A stretch of DNA of 42,861 nt from a virus (IMGVR_UViG_3300035135_001806:1-42861), one strand, 5' to 3'; counted from the stretch's first letter, positions 17,843 through 28,358 are shown. The notes: a model not told the origin generated them from the letters alone. A program made the numbers and translations.

Positions 17843-18968
17843 TAGATTTCCCTTAGTAGTTGATACTACCGATAGTAATAAAATTAAAGAAATACCAAAC
17901 GGTGATAATTTAACATTAACAGGCAATAGTATTACTGGTGTAGTAGATATAACAGCATCAGGAACTATAACTGCTGGTGCATTGAATGTTCCTGGTATAA
18001 CGGTAGGCGGTTCTAATCTTGCTACTGTTGCTACAACTGGAGCATACAGTGATTTGACCGGTGTACCTACAAATGTTAGTACATTTACAAACGACAGTAA
18101 TTATGTTGCTTCAGGTGCAAATATAAGTGCATTCACTAACAACGCAGGATATCTCACAAGCGCAGACTTTGCAACAAACGTAACTAACAAACCTACAACA
18201 TTAGCAGGATATGGTATTACAGATGCGGCAACTGTGGCTCAAGGAACACTTGCGGATTCTGCAACACAACCAGGTGATAATATTTCAACACTTACAAATG
18301 ACGCAGGATTTGTTACACTTACACAATTACAAAGTGGTGCAATAACAGTTGATGTAAACAACAGTGGGGATTTAGTAGGAAGTGTATTTTCTCAAGATTC
18401 AACTGTGATGATAGACGGAATTTTAAGTGCAGTAAATTTAGATGGTACTATAAGAGGTAATGTTGTTCCAAATGCTAATCAACATAACACCTGGGACTTA
18501 GGAAGCAATGCTGTACGATTTAAAGATGCTTACTTTGCAGGAGCGATATACGGAGACGGAAGTAATCTAACTGGAGTAGCAGGTAGTACAGGAGCAGTTA
18601 CATTTGTAGGTAGTACGATTGATACTAATGATAGTTCTGGTATTACAATAACACCTGCTGTAACAATCAATAGTGATCTAGTTGTAGAGAATGATATTAG
18701 ATGCACAAATACTGTGTATGCTGATAATTTCCAATCTACTTCAGCAACTGGTTCTCCAACACTAACCAGTAACAGCACAATTACATTAAGTGCTGTTGAC
18801 AGAATAAACATTGCAAGAGGTCCAATTAATCAAGCAAATTTCACATCGGCAGAAAGAGATGCATTATCAGCGGTTAGTGGTGATATGATTTATAACACAG
18901 ATCAAAATAGATTTGAAGTTTATGCTAATGGCGGATGGTATAGTTTAGATATGACTCCAGTAGTTTAA
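17835..18968 (+). CDS. Tail fibre-like structural protein
   Basis: LATVATTGAYSDL, FTNDSNY, PTTLAGYGITDA repeats, GDMIYNTD C-terminus. Confidence 0.75.
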   Translation: MADRFPLVVDTTDSNKIKEIPNGDNLTLTGNSITGVVDITASGTITAGALNVPGITVGGSNLATVATTGAYSDLTGVPTNVSTFTNDSNYVASGANISAFTNNAGYLTSADFATNVTNKPTTLAGYGITDAATVAQGTLADSATQPGDNISTLTNDAGFVTLTQLQSGAITVDVNNSGDLVGSVFSQDSTVMIDGILSAVNLDGTIRGNVVPNANQHNTWDLGSNAVRFKDAYFAGAIYGDGSNLTGVAGSTGAVTFVGSTIDTNDSSGITITPAVTINSDLVVENDIRCTNTVYADNFQSTSATGSPTLTSNSTITLSAVDRINIARGPINQANFTSAERDALSAVSGDMIYNTDQNRFEVYANGGWYSLDMTPVV

Positions 18969-18977
18969 GGAACACCT

Positions 18978-20549
18978 ATGAGTGAAAAAGAATACATTGT
19001 AACCTTAAACAAAGGTGTAGACTACACACAATTTAATCAAGAAATGATTGCATCAACAGGTGCTGGTGATATTCCTAATAGGACTGTAGATGTTGCAAAC
19101 GCTAGACCAGGATCACAACGGAATACACACTATGCACTGACAGATGCAGAAGCAAACAGTTTAAAAAACGACAACAGAGTTTTGGATGTTGCTATTCCAC
19201 CTGACCAAGATAGTAATTTAGAAATTGGATATAACGCAAGTGAGAATGTTACTTTTTATAAAGGCACATCTGATAGCGGACAATACTACGATTGGGGTAA
19301 ACATAGACATAACATTACTGAAGAAACAGTAGCATGGTATCCTAGTTTATCTGGAACCTATGATTATATTTTGGATGGAACAGGTGTTGATGTTGTAATA
19401 CAAGATAGCGGATTACAGGTTGATCATCCAGAGTTTCAAGACGCAAATGGTGTTAGTCGTGTAAACCAAATTGACTGGTACACAGCTAGTGGATTGTCAG
19501 GTACACAAAATGTCAATCATTATAGAGATACAGATGGTCACGGAACACATGTTGCAGGCACAGCAGTTGGAAAAACATTTGGTTGGGCTAGGAACGCACA
19601 AATATTTTCTGTCAAAGTTAATGGATTAGAAGGCACAGGAGATAGCGGCACTGGTATTTCAATTAACGATGTATTTGATGTAATAAAACTATGGCATAGA
19701 AACAAACCAATAGATCCTATTACTGGCAGAAAGAGACCAACTATAATAAATGCAAGCTGGGGGTATAGTTATCCAGCAAGCAGTCTCACTAGTATAACAT
19801 ATAGAGGAGTAACGTACAACAGCGGCAATGACGCTAGTTTTAGTACAAGTCCAAACACACATATGAGAGATACATACGGATTATATCCATATTTTACTAC
19901 AAGTGGATACAGAGCTCCTTTTCGTTTAGCAAGTGTAGATACTGATGTAGATGAATTAATTGATGAAGGTGTGCATGTTTGCATAGCCGCAGGCAACAAT
20001 AGCTTTAAAGTTGATGTTAGTGGTGGGGATGACTATAATAACTCTTTCCTTAGATCAGGTGTGAATGTTGAGTACCATAGAGGAAGTTCACCATATAGTA
20101 CCGAAGCATTTATGGTAGGCTGTCTTCTAAGTGAAAACGCAACAGGTGATCGAAAAGTCGGTTTCAGTACAACTGGTCCAGGTGTTGACATTTATGCGGC
20201 AGGCGACGAAATTACAAGTTGTACAAGCAACACAAATAAATTTGGTGATGCCGCATATTGGGGAGATAGCAATTTTAGACAGTGTAACATCAATGGTACT
20301 AGCATGGCTTCACCGCAAGTGTGTGGTGTGGGTGCATTATATCTACAAGCAAACCCAGGAATATCACCTGCCGAACTAAGAACAATGCTACATAATGATT
20401 CAGTGAACACAATGCCTGCAGGCACGTTGACAGGTTATGGTAGTACAGATAACGCAATGGGTGGTCCTAGAAGGGTGTTGGTGCAGAGGTATGCAAAAGC
20501 TACACCTTATGTAAATAATTTATCTGGTAAATACAATATAAGGAAATAG
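18978..20549 (+). CDS. Subtilisin-like (S8) serine protease
   Basis: Catalytic motifs VVIQDSG, HGTHVAGT, AAGN, GTSMASP. Confidence 0.92.
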   Translation: MSEKEYIVTLNKGVDYTQFNQEMIASTGAGDIPNRTVDVANARPGSQRNTHYALTDAEANSLKNDNRVLDVAIPPDQDSNLEIGYNASENVTFYKGTSDSGQYYDWGKHRHNITEETVAWYPSLSGTYDYILDGTGVDVVIQDSGLQVDHPEFQDANGVSRVNQIDWYTASGLSGTQNVNHYRDTDGHGTHVAGTAVGKTFGWARNAQIFSVKVNGLEGTGDSGTGISINDVFDVIKLWHRNKPIDPITGRKRPTIINASWGYSYPASSLTSITYRGVTYNSGNDASFSTSPNTHMRDTYGLYPYFTTSGYRAPFRLASVDTDVDELIDEGVHVCIAAGNNSFKVDVSGGDDYNNSFLRSGVNVEYHRGSSPYSTEAFMVGCLLSENATGDRKVGFSTTGPGVDIYAAGDEITSCTSNTNKFGDAAYWGDSNFRQCNINGTSMASPQVCGVGALYLQANPGISPAELRTMLHNDSVNTMPAGTLTGYGSTDNAMGGPRRVLVQRYAKATPYVNNLSGKYNIRK

Positions 20550-20551
20550 TA

Positions 20552-21250
20552 ATGGCGATAACAAGAATTAATGTAGGAACACTTGCAAACGACGGCACTG
20601 GTGATGATCTTCGCCAGGCTTTTGTAAAAGTAAATAATAACTTTGACGATCTAGATACAAGAGTACAATCTCAGGCAACTGCAACTAATTTAGGAAGTGG
20701 TGAAGGATTATTTTATTCAAAAGAAAATGGTGTACTTGGATTCAAAAGTTTAGTAGCAGGAGACAACGTTACATTAACTTCTGATGCAAATACTATTACA
20801 ATAGGAAATCCAGGAACAATAAACTTGCAAGGCACAAGCGGCACAGGAGCAATTGCAGGTGCTAATAGAACATTAATTGTTCAAGGCGGACAAAACATAA
20901 ACACCACAGTATTAAGTAACACAATTACAGTAGCAGTTGATTCAAATGGTCTTGTACAAAGCGACACTAATCCTTCATTAGGCGGAAATCTAAACGGACA
21001 GACAAATAATATTACAAATGTAAGCCAAATAGAAGCGAATTCAATAAGCGGTGCTTTGACAGGAACAGTAGATGGTATAGATGTTACTGAAATGTACAAT
21101 GGACTTAGAAATGTAAGAGGATTTGACTTAGGTGGTATAACAGTTGATGTAACAAAAGGATTAGATTATCTAGTCGCAACATCTAGCATAGATTATGGTT
21201 CTGTAACAGCGCCAGCATCTATAAACTCAAACTATGGCTCTATAGTATAA
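20552..21250 (+). CDS. Virion structural protein (baseplate-type N-terminus)
   Basis: INVGTLANDGTGDDLRQAFVKVNNNF motif. Confidence 0.7.
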   Translation: MAITRINVGTLANDGTGDDLRQAFVKVNNNFDDLDTRVQSQATATNLGSGEGLFYSKENGVLGFKSLVAGDNVTLTSDANTITIGNPGTINLQGTSGTGAIAGANRTLIVQGGQNINTTVLSNTITVAVDSNGLVQSDTNPSLGGNLNGQTNNITNVSQIEANSISGALTGTVDGIDVTEMYNGLRNVRGFDLGGITVDVTKGLDYLVATSSIDYGSVTAPASINSNYGSIV

Positions 21251-21279
21251 CGATAAATATGCTATATAGGGAATAATAT

Positions 21280-24102
21280 ATGGCTAATTATTGGACAAAA
21301 AATTCAGGTGATACAATACTAACTTTAAACGAGCAAGTAACTATTGCTCCGTTTACACTTCCTTTATCTGAAACACAAGCAACTGTAACACTAATAAGTG
21401 GAAGTTTACCTGCAGGAATATATCTTGATGGTATACAATTAAAAGGCACTCCAAGAGAAGTTGCAAGAGATACTATATCTACTTTTGTATTAAGAGCAAC
21501 ATTTAATAATGAGATAAGTGATAGGACCTACAAAATAAAAGTACAAGGTCCAGATGCTCCTCAATGGGTTACACCAGAGGACTTACTTGCGGCTGGTAAC
21601 AACAATACGTATTTTATACTTGATAGTGCTCCTATAGATTTCCAATTAGAAGTTTTAGACACTGATGTAGAAGCAGGACAAACAATAGAATATTTTTTAG
21701 GTAGCAAAGCAGGAGAATTACCTCCAGGCATTCAACTAACAAAAGACGGTAGACTTGTTGGCGTTGTAGATCCTATTAGAGCAATTGATCTTGCTAGTGA
21801 AAGTGGCAGATATGATGAAGATTATGTAGGATTAGATCAAGATTTGCAAACAGGATACGACTGGAGTGTACCTGATAATAATGGTTTTGATAGTTTTTAT
21901 TACGATACAACAATTTACGATTTATCAACTCCTACACGCAGTCCAAAAAAATTAAATAGATATTACCAATTTACTGTTACAGCAAGTGATGGTGATACAA
22001 CTGCTGAGCGAACATTTAGATTATATGTAGTAGGAGACGATTTCCTAAGAGCAGATAACACTATTATGGTTGTTGGTTCAGGAACATTTACCGCAGACAT
22101 TACACACATTAGAGTTCCTATTTGGTTGACACCAAGTGATTTTGGTTTTAGAAGGGCTAACAATTACGTAACTCTTGTATTAGATGTTATTGATCCAAAC
22201 ACATTAAGTGGTGTATTAAGTTACTATTTGAAAGCAACCAACGATGACGGCTCTCCAAGCATACTGCCTCCTGGATTATCATTAGACACAACAAGTGGAG
22301 AAATAGCAGGTAGAGTTCCTTATCAACCAGCTATAACAAAAGAATATAAATTTACTGTTGCCGCTCAACGTATAGGTTACGATGCAGATAGGATTCAATT
22401 ATTAAAATATGCATACGAAGGAACAGCGGCAGGACTAAGCCAATTAAAGGTTAATAAATTCGATCCTGATTATGTTAGTCAAGTTCCTGGCAGAGAATTC
22501 ACATACGCAGGAAGAACATATACTGTCAACAATGTTTTAACTAAGCAAAGCACAGATTATGATATATTAAATTTAACAACTGTGTTGATTGATTCAATTC
22601 CTAAAGCTACAAGTATTGATTTAGGAACTATTACAGCAGTTGAAGAAGAAGTTGCTCTAAGTTCAAAAACATTTACGATAAAATTATTAGGTGAAGTTGA
22701 TAGTACGATTGCTTGGGTAACTCCCAAAGATCTAGGAGATTTCAGTGCAAACTATATTAGCACATTAAGTTTAAAAGCTACAACAACTGTACCAAACGGA
22801 GCATTGTTCTATACTATAAAATCAGGTACTCTGCCTCCAGGATTAACATTAGCTTTAGATGGTGAAATAATTGGTAAGGTTCGAAGTTTTGGATCTTCTG
22901 ATATACCAGGACTGACTGTGTTTGATTCGCAACAAACAAAATTTGATCAAAATGAAACCAGGCTTGATAGAACTTTTACTTTCACTGCTACTGCACAAGA
23001 CAAATTTGGATTTAGTGCAATTGACAGACAGTTTACAATAACACTATCAGACCCTGATGATAAACTTTACAGCAATCTGTATATGTCACCTCTAATGACT
23101 AGCAGTAAAAGAAAACAATTTAATGATCTAATAAATGATAGCGAAATCTTTGCCCCTGAACTTTTATACAGACCAAATGATCCTAACTTTGGATTACAAA
23201 CTAAAATTAAAATGTTATTATATCCTGGCATAGAAACAAAAGATATCAGTAACTATGTAGGTGCATTATCTAAAAACGCCAAAAGAAAAAGATTGACATT
23301 TGGAGCAGTAAAAACAGCCGTAGCCAAAACTCCAGGAACAAATGATGTAGTTTATGAAGTTGTATACTTAGAAGTTAAAGACAAACAACAAAGTAACACA
23401 CAACAAAAAACTAAAAAACAAATTACAATAAAGAACAAAGAAAAAGTTTTAATTAACAGTTCTAAGTATGATTATCAAGATGATAGTTATGATGCAGAAT
23501 TGTCTTCTCTGCCGTATACATCTAGAGAAGACGGAAAATCAAAAATTATATTTGCAGATAATTTAAATATTACAACTAGAGAAAACGTATTCCTCAAAGA
23601 AATTAATGTAACAACAAATGAAATACCACAACAGGTATCTGATACAATACATATAGAAAAACGTGACGGATCCTCAGCAAGTTTACCATTTACACCAGGA
23701 GTGCTAAAAAGTCGAAAATTACGACCTACTCCTGAAAATACAATAACAGTAGATCTAAATGCTTTGACTGTTGACGGCTTATATGATACAACAAGATATA
23801 ACAGCAGTTTGACTCATATTAGGGATAATATTAGAGCAATAGGTGAAACTGAAAAGAACTTTATGCCTTTGTGGATGCAAAGTAGTCAAGAAGGTCAAAT
23901 TGCCCAGTTAGGCTTAGTAAATGCGATTCCTCTCTGTTATTGTAAGCCAGGAACTAGCAAAAACATTGCAAATCTAATTAATTTAAGAAATATAGACTTT
24001 ACTACATATGACTTAGACATAGATAGGGTAATAATAGATTCGACTACAGGACAATCTAACGAACAATACATTGTATTCGCAAACTATGAATACAACGTAT
24101 AA
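21280..24102 (+). CDS. Virion structural protein with putative Ig-like repeats
   Basis: Repeated (G)xLPxGL/IxL..G.I.G modules (GSLPAGI, GELPPGI, LPPGLSLD, GTLPPGL). Confidence 0.7.
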   Translation: MANYWTKNSGDTILTLNEQVTIAPFTLPLSETQATVTLISGSLPAGIYLDGIQLKGTPREVARDTISTFVLRATFNNEISDRTYKIKVQGPDAPQWVTPEDLLAAGNNNTYFILDSAPIDFQLEVLDTDVEAGQTIEYFLGSKAGELPPGIQLTKDGRLVGVVDPIRAIDLASESGRYDEDYVGLDQDLQTGYDWSVPDNNGFDSFYYDTTIYDLSTPTRSPKKLNRYYQFTVTASDGDTTAERTFRLYVVGDDFLRADNTIMVVGSGTFTADITHIRVPIWLTPSDFGFRRANNYVTLVLDVIDPNTLSGVLSYYLKATNDDGSPSILPPGLSLDTTSGEIAGRVPYQPAITKEYKFTVAAQRIGYDADRIQLLKYAYEGTAAGLSQLKVNKFDPDYVSQVPGREFTYAGRTYTVNNVLTKQSTDYDILNLTTVLIDSIPKATSIDLGTITAVEEEVALSSKTFTIKLLGEVDSTIAWVTPKDLGDFSANYISTLSLKATTTVPNGALFYTIKSGTLPPGLTLALDGEIIGKVRSFGSSDIPGLTVFDSQQTKFDQNETRLDRTFTFTATAQDKFGFSAIDRQFTITLSDPDDKLYSNLYMSPLMTSSKRKQFNDLINDSEIFAPELLYRPNDPNFGLQTKIKMLLYPGIETKDISNYVGALSKNAKRKRLTFGAVKTAVAKTPGTNDVVYEVVYLEVKDKQQSNTQQKTKKQITIKNKEKVLINSSKYDYQDDSYDAELSSLPYTSREDGKSKIIFADNLNITTRENVFLKEINVTTNEIPQQVSDTIHIEKRDGSSASLPFTPGVLKSRKLRPTPENTITVDLNALTVDGLYDTTRYNSSLTHIRDNIRAIGETEKNFMPLWMQSSQEGQIAQLGLVNAIPLCYCKPGTSKNIANLINLRNIDFTTYDLDIDRVIIDSTTGQSNEQYIVFANYEYNV

Positions 24103-24134
24103 CTATGATAAATATATTGCAGGAGAAATAAAAT

Positions 24135-24692
24135 ATGGCCAGTACAATTATTACAACAGGGTTTAATGCAGAATACCCAGTTGCAGGGCAAGATAACGAT
24201 AGCCAAGGGTTTCGTACTAATTTTTCAGTAACGAAAACAGGGCTAGAAACAGCTCGCGACGAAATTACAGCATTACAAGATAACACAGCAAAACTGAATG
24301 CAAATAATGACTTTAACGGCAGTGTTATAAGCGAAGCAGAATTTCTTAAAAATACAGAAACAGTTTATGCATACGGAAATGTTACAGCAAGCCAGAATAT
24401 AAGTTGGGAATTTGGCCATTACCAAACTATTCAAGTTGGCGCAGATGTAACATTAACTCTTGCAGATTTTCCTAGCAGTGCAAAATTAGGAAAAATGAGA
24501 TTACAAATTACAAGTGATGGAAATAACAGAACAATTATATGGGCGGCAGCTGGTGGAGGATCATTTAAAACTGATTCAACATGGCCTGCATCGTTTGTTG
24601 TATCTAGTCAAACTAATCCAATAATTGTTGATTTTTGGACTATCAATGATGGTATCACTGTATTTGCAAAATATCATGGTGTGTTTGATTAA
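24135..24692 (+). CDS. Putative virion structural protein
   Basis: YPVAGQDNDSQGFRTNF N-terminus; late motif and SD upstream. Confidence 0.6.
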   Translation: MASTIITTGFNAEYPVAGQDNDSQGFRTNFSVTKTGLETARDEITALQDNTAKLNANNDFNGSVISEAEFLKNTETVYAYGNVTASQNISWEFGHYQTIQVGADVTLTLADFPSSAKLGKMRLQITSDGNNRTIIWAAAGGGSFKTDSTWPASFVVSSQTNPIIVDFWTINDGITVFAKYHGVFD

Positions 24693-24925
24693 TGTTTAAT
24701 CCTTTAGTGGATAGTTTTGAAGATCTTTCAGATGCTGAAATAGAAAATAAAGTCCAAGAGCTATCCCGCAAATATTTTCTTGCTAAAAATCCTGCACTAC
24801 AAGAGCAAGTTGGTGCTGTACTAAACATGTTTCGTGAAGAAGCAAAAGCAAGAAGAGCCAAAAGTTTAACACAAAACAATAATAACGACGATAATTCTCT
24901 TGACAATCTTATTAACATCAGTTAA
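24692..24925 (+). CDS. Small hypothetical protein
   Basis: TAATG-coupled helical ORF. Confidence 0.6.
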   Translation: MFNPLVDSFEDLSDAEIENKVQELSRKYFLAKNPALQEQVGAVLNMFREEAKARRAKSLTQNNNNDDNSLDNLINIS

Positions 24926-24934
24926 TATACACAT

Positions 24935-25456
24935 ATGCTTATGAAAACAGACTCTTTAGGTATACCCAGATTTTCTAATCAGGATTTGATTGATATGATC
25001 TATTCTGGACATGCAGATAAATGTCATGTGGTTCTGTGTGATCCAAGTGATGACGTAGATAAATTTAACAGTGCAATGCAAGAGCAAGGTTTGACTCCAT
25101 TGCAAAAGTATATTCCATTAGATGTAGATCAAAAGACTTTTGACGGTGTATGTCAAAGTGAATGGTTTATGCCTGACGAATACAAGAACATGGACATTTC
25201 AGAATATTTACAAAGTAAATGTAAAACACAAGAAGAACTTACACGTTATTTTGAAGAATATGCAGAGTTTAACAAACGAGGTATGCTACCGCTATTACGC
25301 TATATGGTTTATCTTGTGGACTTTATGCGTGAAAACGATATTGTATGGGGTGTAGGTCGTGGGTCAAGTGTAGCAAGTTATGTGTTGTATTTGATCGGTG
25401 TACATCGTATAAATTCAATCCAATATGGCCTGGATTGGAGAGAGTTCTTAAGATAA
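24935..25456 (+). CDS. DNA polymerase III alpha subunit-like fragment
   Basis: YLVDFMRENDIVWGVGRGSSVASYVLYLIGVHRINSIQYGLDWREFL matches the DnaE GRGS region; TTGACA-17-TAATAT promoter at 24900-24928. Confidence 0.8.
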   Translation: MLMKTDSLGIPRFSNQDLIDMIYSGHADKCHVVLCDPSDDVDKFNSAMQEQGLTPLQKYIPLDVDQKTFDGVCQSEWFMPDEYKNMDISEYLQSKCKTQEELTRYFEEYAEFNKRGMLPLLRYMVYLVDFMRENDIVWGVGRGSSVASYVLYLIGVHRINSIQYGLDWREFLR

Positions 25457-25480
25457 GTAACATAAACAGGAGGTATAATT

Positions 25481-25780
25481 ATGCCAATGAAACAAACAGG
25501 ACGTAAAGTCTATAAAAGTGCAAACGGAAAAGTTGTAGATATGGACATGTTACGTCAAAAAAACGAACTAACTGTCGCAGTAGGCAATGCTCGTGTAAAT
25601 GCTAGAGGTGACGAATTAGGCCCAGGAGGTCAAATTGTCCGTAAGCGTGAAGATGTAATGAAAGAATACTATGCATCTAATCCTAGTGTAAAGGAAGAAA
25701 AACCTATTGCACAACACGAAAAAGATCTAACTGATGATTGGGTAGAAGACGCAGACGGTAATTTTGTAAAACGAGGATAA
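25481..25780 (+). CDS. Hypothetical phage protein
   Basis: GGAGG SD; AVGNARVNARGDELGPGG motif, function unknown. Confidence 0.7.
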   Translation: MPMKQTGRKVYKSANGKVVDMDMLRQKNELTVAVGNARVNARGDELGPGGQIVRKREDVMKEYYASNPSVKEEKPIAQHEKDLTDDWVEDADGNFVKRG

Positions 25781-25781
25781 G

Positions 25782-26189
25782 ATGAGCGTACATTTTAAAA
25801 AGTTCCAAGGCAGTTTAACTGCAATAGGTAATCGTGTATTAGTAACACATATGGATTTTGGTGAACAAAAAACAGCAGGTGGTTTAATAATTTCCAGTGA
25901 CGATGGTCAAACTAGAGGAATTTATCCACGCTGGGGTAAAGTTTACGACAAAGGTCCTAAGAATAATGATCCATATGAAATTGGTCATTGGGTGCTTATA
26001 GAACATGGACGATGGACAAGAAGTGTTCTTTTAGAACAAGAAGAAAAAGATTTAGAAGTAAGAATGGTTGAAGCAGAAAGTATTCTTGCTTGGAGTGAAG
26101 AACAGCCCGAAACAGGATTACGTATCGGCGCAGAATATAATGATAAAGAAGGTGTAACTGTTGATCCTTCTTCTTTTGTAAATGTATAG
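25782..26189 (+). CDS. GroES/Cpn10-like co-chaperonin
   Basis: AIGNRVLV...EQKTAGGLII...GKVYDKGP pattern. Confidence 0.75.
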   Translation: MSVHFKKFQGSLTAIGNRVLVTHMDFGEQKTAGGLIISSDDGQTRGIYPRWGKVYDKGPKNNDPYEIGHWVLIEHGRWTRSVLLEQEEKDLEVRMVEAESILAWSEEQPETGLRIGAEYNDKEGVTVDPSSFVNV

Positions 26190-26197
26190 AGGATAAA

Positions 26198-26605
26198 TTG
26201 AGTAAAGTAGATCTAAATTCGTACATGGATTTTGTACAAGAAGTAACAAGCAGTGAAAGCAATGCTTTTGGTGCTATGAACAAACGCATGGAAGTTTTAA
26301 GTGATGCAGGTATTAATCCTGCTCTGCTTATGACTGGTGCAATAGGTATGGCAAGTGAAGGAGGAGAATTTGCAGAAATTGTTAAGAAGTGTATCTTCCA
26401 AGGTAAACCAATGGACGATGAAACTGTATTTCATTGCAAACGAGAACTTGGTGACATTATGTGGTATTGGATTAATAGTTGCCGTGCTCTTGGTTTGGAC
26501 CCTAACGATGTAGTTGCTGAAAATGTTAATAAATTAAAAGCACGTTATCCGGGTGGTGAGTTTGATGTATTTTACAGTGAAAATAGAAAAGAAGGAGATT
26601 TGTAG
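26198..26605 (+). CDS. MazG-like nucleoside triphosphate pyrophosphohydrolase
   Basis: SEGGEFAEIVKK...ELGDIMWY...NVNKLKARYP. Confidence 0.88.
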   Translation: MSKVDLNSYMDFVQEVTSSESNAFGAMNKRMEVLSDAGINPALLMTGAIGMASEGGEFAEIVKKCIFQGKPMDDETVFHCKRELGDIMWYWINSCRALGLDPNDVVAENVNKLKARYPGGEFDVFYSENRKEGDL

Positions 26606-27276
26606 TGAGTACAATTACAGAAGCACGTGAACAATATGATTTAGGTTTGCGTGAATTTATGCTAAACATGTATAATCACACCGCGGCAGGACTTGCTGTT
26701 AGTGGTATAATCGCATGGTTAGTATATTCAACAGGATTGCTTTTTGCAATGGCCAACTCTATTTGGTTGTTTGCATTTGCACCTTTAGGAATGATTATTT
26801 GGTATTCTTTTGCAGGACGAAATTGGTCATATGATAAATTAAGAACATTTTATTATGCATTCACAGCAGTAATGGGCGTAGGACTTGCTCCTATTTTTGC
26901 AGTGTACACTGGTTACAGTATTACCCAAGTATTCTTTATAACAGCCGCGACATTTGCTGGCGCAAGTTTATGGGGATATACTACGAAACGTGATCTTACC
27001 GGATTCGGTCATTTCTTGTTTATGGGATTAATTGGTATTATTATCGCAAGCATTGTTAATTTGTTTATGGCAAGTTCAGCTCTTATGTTTACAATTAGTA
27101 TTTTAGGTGTTTTTATCTTTACAGGATTAACAGCATGGGATACTCAAAATGCAAAAACTATATATCGTAATCATGGCGGTGATCCTAGATATGGTATCCA
27201 ATTTGCAATCAGCTTATATTTGAATTTTATCAATTTATTTCAAATGTTACTTGCTCTTTTGGGCAATCGTGAATAA
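26605..27276 (+). CDS. Bax inhibitor-1 / YccA family membrane protein
   Basis: About 7 TM helices; GLREFMLNMYN, GYTTKRDLT, TAWDTQ, LYLNFINLF. Confidence 0.9.
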   Translation: MSTITEAREQYDLGLREFMLNMYNHTAAGLAVSGIIAWLVYSTGLLFAMANSIWLFAFAPLGMIIWYSFAGRNWSYDKLRTFYYAFTAVMGVGLAPIFAVYTGYSITQVFFITAATFAGASLWGYTTKRDLTGFGHFLFMGLIGIIIASIVNLFMASSALMFTISILGVFIFTGLTAWDTQNAKTIYRNHGGDPRYGIQFAISLYLNFINLFQMLLALLGNRE

Positions 27277-27284
27277 AATTTTAC

Positions 27285-27313
27285 TTGACTCCTAACAACA
27301 TTTACGCTATAAT
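27285..27313 (+). promoter_or_regulatory. Sigma70-like promoter
   Basis: TTGACT-17 nt-TATAAT. Confidence 0.7.
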
Positions 27314-27338
27314 GTAATAAATTGTTAGGAGTTTTCTT

Positions 27339-27884
27339 TTGGCTACACATGGAATGATAGATTTAGAAACATTAGGTGTTGAACCTAATAGTGTGGTTAT
27401 GACTCTAGGTGCTATAAAGTTTAATCCTTTCTCAGATGAAGAGCCCCATTCTCCTTTATATCTAAGAGGAGACGTACAAGAACAATCAGATAAATTAGGC
27501 AGATCTATTGATGAAAATACATTAGCATGGTGGAGCAAGCAAAGCCAACAAATACAAGATGAAGCATTTGGTGATCATGATCGTGTAACTACAGATGATC
27601 TTACAAAACAACTTAACAAATGGTGTGTTGGTTTAGACTATATTTGGTGCCAAGGTCCAACATTTGATTTTGTAATACTACAAGACTTATACAAAAACAT
27701 AGGTAAACCGGTACCTTGGAACTACTGGCAAATTAGAGATAGTAGAACACTTTTTGCAATGATGCCACAAGATCCAAGAAAACAAATACAAGAACAATTA
27801 CATAATGCATTAGCAGATTGTTACTACCAAGCAAAATGTGTTCAACAATCATATAAACACTTCGGAGTAACTAGTGGAAGATAA
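27339..27884 (+). CDS. DEDDh 3'-5' exonuclease
   Basis: MIDLETLG, QGPTFD, RDSRT, HNALADC. Confidence 0.88.
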   Translation: MATHGMIDLETLGVEPNSVVMTLGAIKFNPFSDEEPHSPLYLRGDVQEQSDKLGRSIDENTLAWWSKQSQQIQDEAFGDHDRVTTDDLTKQLNKWCVGLDYIWCQGPTFDFVILQDLYKNIGKPVPWNYWQIRDSRTLFAMMPQDPRKQIQEQLHNALADCYYQAKCVQQSYKHFGVTSGR

Positions 27885-28035
27885 ATTATTAACAGAAGCT
27901 GAAGTTAGAGAAGTTTATAGAGAAATGCGTAAAAAAGATAAAGTGTTTGCAGAATGTTGGCCTGCGAACAATGAAAGTTTTTATGAATGGTGCTCTCAAT
28001 ATTTAGATTACCAACATATAAGAAAGAAGAAATGA
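27874..28035 (+). CDS. Small hypothetical protein (53 aa)
   Basis: GTG start behind GGAG; ATGA overlap with next gene; not in the ORF track. Confidence 0.5.
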   Translation: MEDKLLTEAEVREVYREMRKKDKVFAECWPANNESFYEWCSQYLDYQHIRKKK

Positions 28036-28358
28036 CCATAGAACCAATTCAAGAAAAACTTGACGACAAGATTAAAAAACTTAACTCTAGTCGTGTATAT
28101 AAAAAGGTTACACCTAAAGGTGATTTATCTTGGTATGTCAAATGGATTGCAAGTGCATTTATTCTTGTTGCAGTAATGTGTAGAAGTGTAGATGAAGTTC
28201 CTAAAATATATGACGTATTTTTAAGTTTTATAGGAACAATTGGCTGGGCATGGGTAGGTTATTTGTGGCATGACAGAGCTTTGTTATTGCTCAACGCAGT
28301 ACTTTGTGTTATACTAGGTACTAGTATAATAAGATTTTTAGCAGGAGGAATGTTTTGA
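28032..28358 (+). CDS. Small membrane protein
   Basis: Three hydrophobic helices, WYVKW and WHDRALLLLN. Confidence 0.65.
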   Translation: MTIEPIQEKLDDKIKKLNSSRVYKKVTPKGDLSWYVKWIASAFILVAVMCRSVDEVPKIYDVFLSFIGTIGWAWVGYLWHDRALLLLNAVLCVILGTSIIRFLAGGMF

